Below, piece after piece: positions 17,018 to 26,415 of a stretch of 64,000 bases of DNA (its first letter is position 1; each line of letters begins with the position of its first letter). The translations under genes and the position numbers were made by a program. The notes below the pieces were generated by a model. It was not told the origin of the DNA. It saw nothing but the letters and a program-made list of their open reading frames with translations, and searched no databases. Source of the stretch: an uncultured Gammaproteobacteria bacterium (GTDB lineage Bacteria; Cyanobacteriota; Vampirovibrionia; LMEP-6097); contig CAZFCF010000010.1 of the NCBI GenBank assembly GCA_964517685.1, forward strand, positions 6,624 to 70,623. Direction: 5' to 3'.

Positions 17018-17599
17018 CTAATTTAACGAGCGCACAACATCATTCAAAGCCTTTCTCTCTGAGGGAAATTCCTTCTCTTGAAAAGACTGCGGCAAATCTT
17101 CTGTATTACCATGATAGCCAACAGCAATCACACACATTGGTGTGAACTCATCAGGAGATAGCCCTGTTATGGCATAGGCTTTATCATCATAGAAACCACC
17201 CATGGCATGAGCAATCAATCCCATAGAATGTGCTTGTAATGCAAGTGACATCCAGGCAGAGCCCGAATCAAACTGGGCTTTAGTATTGTCCTTACCATTA
17301 AACTCTAATTTCTTTCTGGCAAAAACCAAAATCAACAATGGCGCTTTATTAGCCCACGCTTGATTTTGTTCTACCATTACAGGTCTTAGCTTATTTAAAG
17401 CCTCATCAGTAGAAGCATACACAAAGTACCAAGGTTGCGCATTATAACTAGAAGGTGCCCAATGAGCCGCTTCAAACAAAGTATCGATTTGCTCTTGGCT
17501 TAATTTATCTTCTTTAAAAGCTCGTGGCGACCAGCGTTCTATAAAAACTTTATTCAAAGCAGAATGCTTTGCTTCACGCTTGTTAATTGTTTTTTGCAT
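17018..17599 (-). CDS. nitroreductase family protein
   Basis: RWSPRAF, APSSYNAQPW and a GG..D C-terminal block typical of NfsB/FRase-like nitroreductases. Confidence 0.85.
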   Translation of the reverse strand: MQKTINKREAKHSALNKVFIERWSPRAFKEDKLSQEQIDTLFEAAHWAPSSYNAQPWYFVYASTDEALNKLRPVMVEQNQAWANKAPLLILVFARKKLEFNGKDNTKAQFDSGSAWMSLALQAHSMGLIAHAMGGFYDDKAYAITGLSPDEFTPMCVIAVGYHGNTEDLPQSFQEKEFPSERKALNDVVRSLN

Positions 17600-17877
17600 A
17601 AGTAAAATTCTATCGTAAAATTTACTTAGCTCGCCCAGATTTCAAAGGATTTTCAAATCCAATTTCACAAAAGGCAATCAATATCGAAAAATTAAATCTA
17701 CGACTCAACTATATTGACTTCAAAGAATTTCTCTACACTTTCTTTGATTTAGATTTCGAACCACTGAGTATTGCAAGTGTACTTTTACAATTAGCTTTCA
17801 TTTGTTGGATTCTTTATCAAGGTTATAAAAGATTTCGCGGCACGCAAGCAGAGAGAGTTTTACGCGGTCTCTTTTTA

Positions 17878-18627
17878 TTGAGCCCGGTAATTTTACTTTG
17901 CTATGCACTCAAACTCAGTCTCATTACTAAGTTGATCGAAACTTTTTCACCAACGATTTTAGTTGGTTTGATTGTGATCTTCGCTCCAGAATTTAGAAGA
18001 GTCTTAATGCAGCTTGGTGGCAATGTTTCACTCAATAGCTATTTGCAATTAACTGAATCAAAAAAATCAATTAGTGATATGGCAAAAGAACTTGCAATAG
18101 CATTAGAGTTACTACAAAAAAATCGCACTGGTACTTTAATTGCAATCGAACAAACTTATGTCGATCGTTATTACATCAATCCTGGTTACACTATCAATGC
18201 AAATTTCAGTAAAGAATTATTACTCACCATTCTCAATCCCAAATCACCATTGCATGATGGAGCTGTGATTATGCGCGGCTTCACGATTGTCTCTGCTGCC
18301 GTGATTTTGCCCATGACTGAAAATCCAAAATTAGATTGGCAGTATGGAACCCGCCACAGAGCAGCGATTGGCTTTAGTGAAATTTCGGATTCACTTTGTA
18401 TAGTGGTTTCAGAGGAAACTGGAAACATCTCAATTGCGCATCACGGGAGGATAACCCGCTGTCCTAATACGGCTTTCGTTAAGGAGCAAATTGAAAAATA
18501 CTACAATTCTATAATCAAAACTCATAAACGCAAGAGCTCTATAAGAAGATTCATCAGTGGACTCTTCTCAGCAAAAACCAAGGCCGAACTTGAAGAATCC
18601 GATTTAGAGCCCATAAAAGAATCTTAA
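17878..18627 (+). CDS. cdaA: diadenylate cyclase CdaA (c-di-AMP synthase); true start probably upstream
   Basis: DAC domain motifs LHDGAVIMRG, GTRHRAAIG, VVSEETGNISIA. The frame stays open upstream to 17620 and encodes CdaA-like TM/GTQAERVLRGL sequence without ATG/GTG/TTG. Confidence 0.85.
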   Translation: MSPVILLCYALKLSLITKLIETFSPTILVGLIVIFAPEFRRVLMQLGGNVSLNSYLQLTESKKSISDMAKELAIALELLQKNRTGTLIAIEQTYVDRYYINPGYTINANFSKELLLTILNPKSPLHDGAVIMRGFTIVSAAVILPMTENPKLDWQYGTRHRAAIGFSEISDSLCIVVSEETGNISIAHHGRITRCPNTAFVKEQIEKYYNSIIKTHKRKSSIRRFISGLFSAKTKAELEESDLEPIKES

Positions 18628-18703
18628 TATTTTATAAATATCGCTGAAATATTAAAAAGCGTATTGCATATTTAGTTTCTCTTTATGTATAATATTAAAC
18701 GCT

Positions 18704-19441
18704 ATGACAGAAAACCAACAAAAGATATTCGTAATTGACGATGATCCCGCAATTTTAGAACTTGTAAGTTCAAACATAGAAATGCAAGGGTATACCGTAG
18801 AATCATGCGACAATGCCATCGACGGACTTGCTCGTATTATCCAGAACCCACCAAATCTAATTATTCTTGACTTGATGATGCCTAATTTAGACGGTTTCAC
18901 AGCTTGCCAAAGACTTAGACAGAACGACAAAACTAAGGATATTCCTGTTTTGATGTTAACTGCTTTAAGCAGAACTGAAGACAAAGTAACTGGCTTTGAT
19001 TCAGGAGCTGATGACTATTTAACTAAGCCATTCGAGCTTTCAGAGTTATACGTTAGAGTTAGAGCGCTTCTTAGAAGATCTGGTTCAATCACTCTTTCTC
19101 AATCAATTCCAGAAATTCTTCACTCTGGCGAAATCACTTTAATGCCTGAATCTAGAGAAATCAAGATTGACAACCGCATTATAAGACTTACGCCAATTGA
19201 GTTTGAAGTTCTTCATTGCTTAATGCAAAACCACGGTCAAACAGTTTCTCCAGGAACTTTACTTAAAGAAGTTTGGGGTTACTCACCTGAAGATGATGTA
19301 GACACAATCAGAGTTCACATCAGACATTTAAGATCTCGTATCGAAATCGGTGAGAAAAAATACATCAAAACCGTTTACGGTGGTGGTTACCAATTAATCC
19401 CTGATGGTTTCGTTAAACACGGAACTCCAGTGGAAGCGTAG
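18704..19441 (+). CDS. OmpR-family response regulator (RpaB-like)
   Basis: Receiver domain (DDD...DLMMP...LTA...KPF) plus a winged-helix output (LTPIEFEVL...VWGY...VHIRHLRSRI). Confidence 0.9.
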   Translation: MTENQQKIFVIDDDPAILELVSSNIEMQGYTVESCDNAIDGLARIIQNPPNLIILDLMMPNLDGFTACQRLRQNDKTKDIPVLMLTALSRTEDKVTGFDSGADDYLTKPFELSELYVRVRALLRRSGSITLSQSIPEILHSGEITLMPESREIKIDNRIIRLTPIEFEVLHCLMQNHGQTVSPGTLLKEVWGYSPEDDVDTIRVHIRHLRSRIEIGEKKYIKTVYGGGYQLIPDGFVKHGTPVEA

Positions 19442-19483
19442 TTCAAAAAAACTCTCATACCAAAACCAAATCAACAAATTAAA

Positions 19484-19510
19484 ACAGCTCCTTATGGGAG
19501 CTGTTTTTTT
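19484..19510 (+). terminator. rho-independent terminator
   Basis: ACAGCTCC-TTAT-GGGAGCTGT stem-loop followed by T7. Confidence 0.8.
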
Positions 19511-19516
19511 ATAGAT

Positions 19517-19560
19517 GTCATTGTGAGGAGGAGCAAAGCGACGACGTCACAATCCAGTCC
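19517..19560. repeat. diverged half copy of the palindromic element
   Basis: GTCATTGTGAGGAGGAGCAAAGCGACGACGTCACAATCCAGTCC. Confidence 0.6.
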
Positions 19561-19575
19561 TGCACAGGGTTTCAA

Positions 19576-20541
19576 TCAAAACTTTATACCGTATGCTTTA
19601 TTAAACTCTTTAAGCTTAGTTGTAATTAAATTTTCTGCAGCATCACCAAGGTCTTCTTCTAAACCAATATCAAAATCAGAATGATGTTTAAATTTTTCGC
19701 CTTTAGGACCAGTTATTTCAAGAACACAGGCAATGTCATAAGGCTTGTCTAGAGTATGTCCAGTATATTGCACTGTAAAATAATGTACCCTACCATTATG
19801 TTTTAAGTAAAGTCCTACATTATCAATAAGAGTATCATCCGCTGGCGATGTTTTTCTTAGAAGTAAATCAGCATTAACAATAGATCCTTGTTCAAATATT
19901 GTTTTGACGTCTTGCAATGAAAGATTTCTTGGGTTACTCTCCGGTGGTATCCGATTAACGGCATTAAAATCTTCCAATTGCCCAAACAAATGTCTGTCGT
20001 CAGAATTAGAAACTACTGCTTTAAAATCTTCACCACCAATAGAAGCTGAGATCTTATAATTTGCATGCTCAGTACCAATTGCTCCTGGACCAATAATTGT
20101 AATCTTTTCATTACCAGCCATAGCTTCTATAAGAATATCTTCTCGACGAATAAATGCAGGATGACAACTTTTCCTAAAAGCCGCTCCTAGAGTAGCTTTC
20201 AACCTTGTAGCTTGATCTTCTTTTATCCAAGCTTGACCTTCTTGTGTTTCTGCAAAAGCTTCAGTAAGTTCTTTAGTAAGGATGTGCTTAGGAGTTAATT
20301 TTTCAATCAGTGCTGCACAAGCATTACGTAAGTATGTTAGGATAGACATACTTTTTAGACTAACAGGCTCTTGCCCTAAAGCTTGTTTTTTACCAGATCC
20401 TACTGCCGCTAAAAGTTGAGGATACAATCTTCTCTCACTGTCATTCGGATCACCTGTAAAAATACTCCTATTTATTGCTTGATAAAAATTCTGACCATCT
20501 ATTATAGAAGGAGAAGTTTGCTCTATTGATCCAACTGACAT
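19576..20541 (-). CDS. unknown-function paralog 1
   Basis: Homologous to 20625-21611 and 21792-22622 (blocks ETQEGQAW, FKISAS, LFGQLEDF, GSIVNADL, KLKEFN). Start set at ATG 20541 from the conserved promoter geometry. The ORF track starts at 20565. Confidence 0.6.
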   Translation of the reverse strand: MSVGSIEQTSPSIIDGQNFYQAINRSIFTGDPNDSERRLYPQLLAAVGSGKKQALGQEPVSLKSMSILTYLRNACAALIEKLTPKHILTKELTEAFAETQEGQAWIKEDQATRLKATLGAAFRKSCHPAFIRREDILIEAMAGNEKITIIGPGAIGTEHANYKISASIGGEDFKAVVSNSDDRHLFGQLEDFNAVNRIPPESNPRNLSLQDVKTIFEQGSIVNADLLLRKTSPADDTLIDNVGLYLKHNGRVHYFTVQYTGHTLDKPYDIACVLEITGPKGEKFKHHSDFDIGLEEDLGDAAENLITTKLKEFNKAYGIKF

Positions 20542-20548
20542 AGAGCTT

Positions 20549-20578
20549 ATCTTACAACCCAACATTATCTTATGTCAA
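20549..20578 (-). promoter_or_regulatory. sigma70-like promoter, leaderless geometry (paralog 1)
   Basis: Minus strand reads TTGACA(20578-20573)-N18-TAAGAT(20554-20549)-N7-ATG(20541). Confidence 0.45.
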
Positions 20579-20583
20579 CAAAA

Positions 20584-20606
20584 GAAAACCCCGGGCAATG
20601 CCCAGT
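20584..20606 (-). terminator. degenerate hairpin element after paralog 2
   Basis: AAAACCCCGGGCAATGCC shared with 22642-22659. On the - strand it reads CTGGGCATTGCCCGGGGTTTT (stem plus T-run). Confidence 0.4.
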
Positions 20607-20624
20607 GAAATGAAGTTTGGTCTA

Positions 20625-21611
20625 TTACCACTCTATCAAATAATCGTCATTAAATTCTTTGAGCTTAGTCAACATGTAGTCTTCTGCTATATCGCAGAGC
20701 TTTCTTGCTGGAGTATCATTATCATCATTCTTAAACTCTCTATTCCTGTCATCTGTTATTTCATAAATATGACCAGTATAAGGATCATTTTCTGGATGTT
20801 TATACCTCAAATTAAAATAATGTAATTGATCATTATATTCTAAACAAAGTTCTATATGGTCTATAGGATTGCCGTATTCATCAGGATTTCCTTTAATTAA
20901 ATCAGCGTTAACGATAGTTCCCCACTGAAATATTGTTTGGAGTCCTTTTAATGAGGGGGAGGCTAATTCCTGAGTTTCTAATGTTTCTATTGCATCATCT
21001 TGCTTAAAAAAATTTTCTAATTGCTCAAACAAAGGCTGATCTTTTCCTGCATTAGAAATTACTGCTTTGACATCTGTACCATTAACCAAACCATGAACTG
21101 AAGCTGAGATTTTAAAATTTCTATTTTGACCTGTACCTGCCATCGGACGAGTAATCGTAATAATTTTATTGCCAACATCAACATACCTTATAAGATCACC
21201 ATACCTATTAAAAATGCTAGGGCTTGGACCATTCTTGAAAGCTGCTTTCAGAGCACCTTTCAATTTATTAGCTTGATTTTGTTTTATCCAAGTTTGACCT
21301 TCTTGTGTCTGAGCAAGAGCAGTTTTTAGTTCTGTAGGTAGTGGCTTAGTCGGATTAAACTGAAGCGTAAGCTTTTCAAGTAAAGAGTCAAATCCATATT
21401 TTAATCGCTGTAGGAAACTAATCTTTTCAGTACTAACAGTCTGTCCTAAAAATTCTTTTTCACCAATTCCAGCAAGAGCCATAATTGCAGCTGACTCTCT
21501 TGCATCAGTTTTCTTTCCATCTTTGGCATCCTCTGTTAAATCTTGGTATGCTTGATGAGCTTTATAAAAAGGATTTAAAGATGGAAATTCTTTTGCTTTT
21601 GTTATTAACAT
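20625..21611 (-). CDS. unknown-function paralog 2
   Basis: Paralog of 19576-20541 and 21792-22622 (QTQEGQTW, FKISAS, LFEQLENF, GTIVNADL, KLKEFN). Confidence 0.6.
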   Translation of the reverse strand: MLITKAKEFPSLNPFYKAHQAYQDLTEDAKDGKKTDARESAAIMALAGIGEKEFLGQTVSTEKISFLQRLKYGFDSLLEKLTLQFNPTKPLPTELKTALAQTQEGQTWIKQNQANKLKGALKAAFKNGPSPSIFNRYGDLIRYVDVGNKIITITRPMAGTGQNRNFKISASVHGLVNGTDVKAVISNAGKDQPLFEQLENFFKQDDAIETLETQELASPSLKGLQTIFQWGTIVNADLIKGNPDEYGNPIDHIELCLEYNDQLHYFNLRYKHPENDPYTGHIYEITDDRNREFKNDDNDTPARKLCDIAEDYMLTKLKEFNDDYLIEW

Positions 21612-21618
21612 TCAATAA

Positions 21619-21648
21619 ATTCTACAACTCCGCATTATCTTATGTCAA
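21619..21648 (-). promoter_or_regulatory. sigma70-like promoter, leaderless geometry (paralog 2)
   Basis: Minus strand reads TTGACA(21648-21643)-N18-TAGAAT(21624-21619)-N7-ATG(21611). Confidence 0.45.
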
Positions 21649-21689
21649 CAAAAACCCAATTAAAGCGGTTTCGCTGAATTTTTATTTTG

Positions 21690-21719
21690 TTGACTTAAAA
21701 TCCTGCCAAATTGTAAGAT
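21690..21719 (+). promoter_or_regulatory. sigma70-like promoter, leaderless geometry (paralog 3)
   Basis: TTGACT(21690-21695)-N18-TAAGAT(21714-21719)-N7-ATG(21727). Confidence 0.45.
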
Positions 21720-21791
21720 GTGAAGCATGGTAAACATAGGACCTTTAAATTTAGAACATACTTATGCATTCCATGATGATCATTAAGTCCA

Positions 21792-22622
21792 ATGAGTGAA
21801 AAGAGAACTACAAATTCTCTTTTTAGTGATAGAGATTTGGCAGTTGGCTTAGCGCTAGGAGGAATAGGCAAAGCAGAATTTTTAAGAGGACCTGTAAATG
21901 AAGAGCATGTCAATGCACTAAGTACGCTAAGAGACCTTGCTGAAAATATACTTGGTAGAATCCAGCCTAATAGTCCATTACCGAAAGAATTAAGAAGAGC
22001 TTTTCGTGAAACTCAAGAAGGAAGATCATGGACAATACCTGAGCGATATAAAATATTAGGAGCTGCTCTAGAAGAGGCTTTCGCCAATGGTACGCAACCA
22101 GAAATTATTCGTCAAGAAGGCAATATTATTAGAGTTATAAACAGTGATGATATAGAAATTACCATTGCAGGTAGTGGAGGAAAGGAGTTTCAAGTTTCAG
22201 CAACTGTGGGTGGTCATGATATTGGATTAAATATTGGGAAAGATAAACTATTGTTTAATCAATTAAATAATTTTGTAAAAAATAGTTTTCAAGAAGAAGA
22301 AGTAAAATTTGAGAATTCAGTAAACGTCAATAACCTTATCGAGAAAGGAACTATTGTTTGTTCAGAGTTTTTAAAGCTTGATATGGACAAAGAAACTGTG
22401 AATGGGCTACAGAAAGATATATTTAAAGAACAGACGAAAGTTTGGATAAGATATCAGGACACTATACATCCTGTTATAGTGCGATATTGTTACTATCCAT
22501 ATGAGATGGACTCCTGTAAGCGTATTATGGAAATAAACGGTTCAAAAGTGAATACATCAGACAGCTCTTTAATAAACTTTCTAAGCCAGCTCGGTAAATT
22601 TGACCATAAATATAAGTTTTAA
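21792..22622 (+). CDS. unknown-function paralog 3 (N-terminally disrupted or re-initiated copy)
   Basis: Blocks ETQEGRSW, FQVSAT, LFNQLNNF, GTIVCSEF. The promoter-proximal ATG at 21727 opens only a 19-codon ORF in another frame. Confidence 0.55.
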   Translation: MSEKRTTNSLFSDRDLAVGLALGGIGKAEFLRGPVNEEHVNALSTLRDLAENILGRIQPNSPLPKELRRAFRETQEGRSWTIPERYKILGAALEEAFANGTQPEIIRQEGNIIRVINSDDIEITIAGSGGKEFQVSATVGGHDIGLNIGKDKLLFNQLNNFVKNSFQEEEVKFENSVNVNNLIEKGTIVCSEFLKLDMDKETVNGLQKDIFKEQTKVWIRYQDTIHPVIVRYCYYPYEMDSCKRIMEINGSKVNTSDSSLINFLSQLGKFDHKYKF

Positions 22623-22635
22623 ATAGTTACAAGAT

Positions 22636-22666
22636 CCAAAAAAAACCCCGGGCAATGCCGGGGTTA
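22636..22666. terminator. bidirectional hairpin terminator
   Basis: A8 run, then AACCCCGG-GCAATG-CCGGGGTT, between convergent paralog 3 and the DUF378 gene. Confidence 0.6.
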
Positions 22667-22718
22667 AATGAATTTTGTATTTTGATTCTTCGTTGAATCG
22701 TTTTTTATTTTTTGATTA

Positions 22719-22919
22719 CTAGCCGTTAGTACCAAACAGTTTACCATCCAAAATAAATAGGATTGCTGATAAACCAATTAGTCCATAGACTACAGTTGCG
22801 ATTATTCCTAATCCACCAAATAGAACTTGTACTAAGTCTACGTGTAGGATTCCGTAAAGTCCCCAGTTTAATCCACCAATCACTAGCAGAATTGAAGACA
22901 ACATTTTAACTAAATGCAT
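22719..22919 (-). CDS. DUF378 family small membrane protein
   Basis: GGLNWGLYG motif. Two TM helices in 66 aa. Confidence 0.8.
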   Translation of the reverse strand: MHLVKMLSSILLVIGGLNWGLYGILHVDLVQVLFGGLGIIATVVYGLIGLSAILFILDGKLFGTNG

Positions 22920-23174
22920 AATAAGTTACCTCCTTGTAACCTTTCTTCTAAAACACTTATATTACTAAGATCCGCTCTATAAGTACTTTTGAAGCTAAAT
23001 AACTAAGAACCATCAACTGATCTCTCAATCAGCTTCTGAATATTAGTTACTTTTAATCTACTTATACCCAATAGAGGTTAATTTTATGTAAAAAGTTCCA
23101 AAATATCCTCAGAATTCCAAGGGTTATCCCAGAAAACTCGCAATGACGGCATTTATCCTACAATAAAGATTCTG

Positions 23175-24476
23175 ATGTCTAAGTCAACTATCAAAATTGG
23201 AATTTTAGGGTGTGGAACTGTTGGTTCAGGTTTAGTCACAATTACCCAAAGATACAATCAAGCTGGCAGAATTCCAAAAATCGAGATTGCCAAAATTTTT
23301 GTGCGCAATGAAAAACGCGCTAAAGAAATTTCACAAAAGCATGGCATAGATCTCAAACTCTTTACTTGGAATGTAGATGAAGTTATATCCAATTCAGAAA
23401 TCAATATCGTCGTCGAGCTTATGGGTGGAGTTACAGAAACCAAAACTCATTTACTGAAAGCCATAGCTAATGGCAAAAATATTGTCACTGCTAACAAAGA
23501 CTTACTTGCAATAGAAGGTGAGGCACTTTTTGAAAGCGCAAAGCAGCATGGCAAGACGATTCTCTACGAAGCTGCAGTAGCTGGCGGCATACCGATCATC
23601 TCTACTCTCAAACAAAGTTTGCAAGGAAATAAAATTGAGAAAATTTTCGGGATCATTAATGGCACTACTAACTATATTCTTGATGTAATGAAAAACGAAA
23701 ATAAGAGCTTCGATGAAGTTCTCAAACGTGCTCAAGAACTGGGCTTTGCTGAAGCAGATCCAGTTAATGATGTTGATGGTCACGATGCTGCATACAAAAT
23801 TGCAATTCTTGCTTCTATCATTTCTAACAAGCGTGTTGATGTGAAAAAAGTTTATCGTGATGGTATTCGTAAGATTAGCCAAGCTGATATTAAATCAGCA
23901 GATAAAAGAGGCTTTGAAATCAAGCTCCTGGGCTTGATTGACAATACTGGCACTGAACTTGATGTTAGAGTGCATCCAGTTTTCGTCCCGAAATTAAATC
24001 CACTTGCTAGTGTGAAAATGGAAAACAATGCCATTCTCATTCAAGGAGATGCGATCAAAGAATTAACTATCATTGGTAAAGGTGCTGGCTCACTTCCAAC
24101 CGCAAGCTCAGTCTTTGGCGATATTTTAATCCTGGCTTCTCAATTCGAGCAAGGAGCAGATAAACCAAATCCACAATTTGCTTGCCTGCATACGCACTAT
24201 GCAGAGATTAAAGACTTCGACGAAGTCAAAAATAGTTTCTATGTCAGAGTTTCAATGCACGATAAAATCGGCGTCTTGAAAGATATTGGAGAAATCATGG
24301 CGCGCAATGAAGCTAATGTGAAATTCATTGACCAGTACGATGTCAGTGGTGCTTCAGCGCATGCTGACTTCATCATAGACCCAGTTCTGGAAAAATCAAT
24401 GAAGAAAATTATCAGCGAAATAAAAGCTTTAGATTCTATTAAAGCTGTAGAGAGCGTCATTAGAGTGCTAGTATGA
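23175..24476 (+). CDS. hom: homoserine dehydrogenase
   Basis: GILGCGTVGSG NAD-binding site, catalytic-domain blocks (TANK, GIINGTTNYIL, GFAEADP) and a C-terminal ACT domain. Confidence 0.9.
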   Translation: MSKSTIKIGILGCGTVGSGLVTITQRYNQAGRIPKIEIAKIFVRNEKRAKEISQKHGIDLKLFTWNVDEVISNSEINIVVELMGGVTETKTHLLKAIANGKNIVTANKDLLAIEGEALFESAKQHGKTILYEAAVAGGIPIISTLKQSLQGNKIEKIFGIINGTTNYILDVMKNENKSFDEVLKRAQELGFAEADPVNDVDGHDAAYKIAILASIISNKRVDVKKVYRDGIRKISQADIKSADKRGFEIKLLGLIDNTGTELDVRVHPVFVPKLNPLASVKMENNAILIQGDAIKELTIIGKGAGSLPTASSVFGDILILASQFEQGADKPNPQFACLHTHYAEIKDFDEVKNSFYVRVSMHDKIGVLKDIGEIMARNEANVKFIDQYDVSGASAHADFIIDPVLEKSMKKIISEIKALDSIKAVESVIRVLV

Positions 24477-24538
24477 TTGCGCGACCTGTTTCTGCTCAAG
24501 CTTTGCTTTCGCAACAGGTCTAGTGTAAAATTAAAGTC

Positions 24539-26365
24539 GTGAAATTAGCCGAAGGTAAAGTTGTATCAAGCTCAATGAGATTAAGAAGGACCCATCTTTC
24601 TAGCTCACTTAATCAGTCTTGTGTTGGTCAAGAAGTAATAGTTGCAGGTTGGGTAGATACCTCTAGAGATCTTGGCGGGATCATATTCATCGAACTTAGA
24701 GATCATAAAGGTACTGTGCAATTAGTTGCCGATCCTAACAAAAATCCTGAAGTACATAAAGTCTTCGAAAAATTAAAATCAGAGTATGTAATTTCATGTA
24801 AAGGTTTAGTAACCATTAGACCTGCAGGTTCTGAAAACACTTCTATCAAATCTGGTGCTATAGAAATTTATCCAAATGATGTTGAGATTCTCAACACTAG
24901 TAAAGTTCTACCTTTCCAAATCGATCAAGCTGCCAATGTCAACGAAGATCTACGTTTGAAATATCGTTACTTAGAATTACGCAACTCAGATAAACGCAAG
25001 CATTTAGTAAATCGTCACAAAATCGTACATGCAATCAGAAGCTATCTTAACGATGAAAACTTCATGGAGATTGAGACTCCGATACTTTGTAAATCTACAC
25101 CAGAAGGTGCGCGCGATTACTTAGTTCCAAGCAGAGTTCATCCTAATAATTTTTATGCGTTACCACAATCACCACAACTTTACAAACAGTTGCTAATGAT
25201 GAGCGGCTTCAATCGTTATTACCAAGTAGCTAGATGTTTTCGTGATGAAGATTTACGTGCTGATCGTCAACCTGAATTTACTCAGATCGACTTGGAGTTG
25301 AGTTTTATCGATCAGGAAGAAGTGATGACTACTACTGAAGGTCTTGTTGTTGCTGCATTTGCTGCAGTTGGTATTGAAGTATCAGCACCTTTCCCAAGAA
25401 TTACTCATGACGATGCTATGAATTTCTATGGTTGTGATAGACCAGACATTCGCTTCGATATGAAATTAGTTGACCTAAGTGAAATCATGGCAGGAAGCGG
25501 TTTCCAAGCCTTCGCGGGTGTAGCGCAATCAGGCGGTAAAGTAAAAGCTATCAACTATAAAGGTGGAGCAAAACTTAGTCGTAAAGATTTAGATGATCTT
25601 AGAGACCTCGCGATGTCTAGTGAATATGGTGCTAAAGGTTTAGCTTGGATTTCTTACCGCGCTACAGAAAATGGCGGCATGGAAATCAATTCACCAATTA
25701 CTAAATTCTTTACTGAAGCAGAACTTAAACAAATCGAAAAAGCTGCAGGAGTTGAGCCTGGTGACGTACTCTTGTTCGTTGCAGATAAAGCAGCCCTAGT
25801 ACACCATGTACTAGGCAAACTTAGATTGCATATCGCAAAGAAAGAAGAGATGCTTGATCACAAAAACATCAAACTTATATGGGTAGTAGATTTCCCGATG
25901 TTTGAATATGATGAAAAATCAAAACGTTATAAAGCTAATCACCATCCATTTACTATGCCAAGAGCAGAAGATTTGGATAAATTAGAAACAGACCCAGCAG
26001 CGGTGAAGACTTATGCTTACGATGTAGTGTTTAACGGCATCGAGCTTGGCGGCGGATCTATTCGTGTTCATGACACTAAGATCCAAAGTAGAATTTTCAA
26101 AGCATTAGGCATTGATGATGAAACTGCTCAAGAGCGTTTTGGTTTCTTACTAGAAGCATTAGAACTAGGCGCGCCTCCACACGGTGGTATTGCGCTTGGT
26201 TTAGATCGTTTCGTCATGCTACTTTCAGGCACTGAAAGTATTAGAGATGTTATTGCCTTCCCTAAAAACCAAGCAGCTGTTTGCCCACTGACTTCAGCAC
26301 CATCTAATGTTGATGAGGATCAATTGGAAGAGCTCTTTCTTAAGTTGGTTGAGCCGACTGAATAG
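24539..26365 (+). CDS. aspS: aspartate--tRNA ligase
   Basis: Class II motifs FRDEDLRADRQPEFTQID, GGGSIR, GLDR. GTG start in the ORF track; ATG at 24575 is an alternative. Confidence 0.95.
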   Translation: MKLAEGKVVSSSMRLRRTHLSSSLNQSCVGQEVIVAGWVDTSRDLGGIIFIELRDHKGTVQLVADPNKNPEVHKVFEKLKSEYVISCKGLVTIRPAGSENTSIKSGAIEIYPNDVEILNTSKVLPFQIDQAANVNEDLRLKYRYLELRNSDKRKHLVNRHKIVHAIRSYLNDENFMEIETPILCKSTPEGARDYLVPSRVHPNNFYALPQSPQLYKQLLMMSGFNRYYQVARCFRDEDLRADRQPEFTQIDLELSFIDQEEVMTTTEGLVVAAFAAVGIEVSAPFPRITHDDAMNFYGCDRPDIRFDMKLVDLSEIMAGSGFQAFAGVAQSGGKVKAINYKGGAKLSRKDLDDLRDLAMSSEYGAKGLAWISYRATENGGMEINSPITKFFTEAELKQIEKAAGVEPGDVLLFVADKAALVHHVLGKLRLHIAKKEEMLDHKNIKLIWVVDFPMFEYDEKSKRYKANHHPFTMPRAEDLDKLETDPAAVKTYAYDVVFNGIELGGGSIRVHDTKIQSRIFKALGIDDETAQERFGFLLEALELGAPPHGGIALGLDRFVMLLSGTESIRDVIAFPKNQAAVCPLTSAPSNVDEDQLEELFLKLVEPTE

Positions 26366-26367
26366 CT

Positions 26368-26415
26368 GTCATTGCGAGGAAGGCAAAGCCTGACGAAGCA
26401 ATCCCATTGTGGTGA
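26368..26415. repeat. half copy of the palindromic element
   Basis: GTCATTGCGAGGAAGGCAAAGCCTGACGAAGCAATCCCATTGTGG directly after the aspS stop. Same module as 28672 and 31985. Confidence 0.75.
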
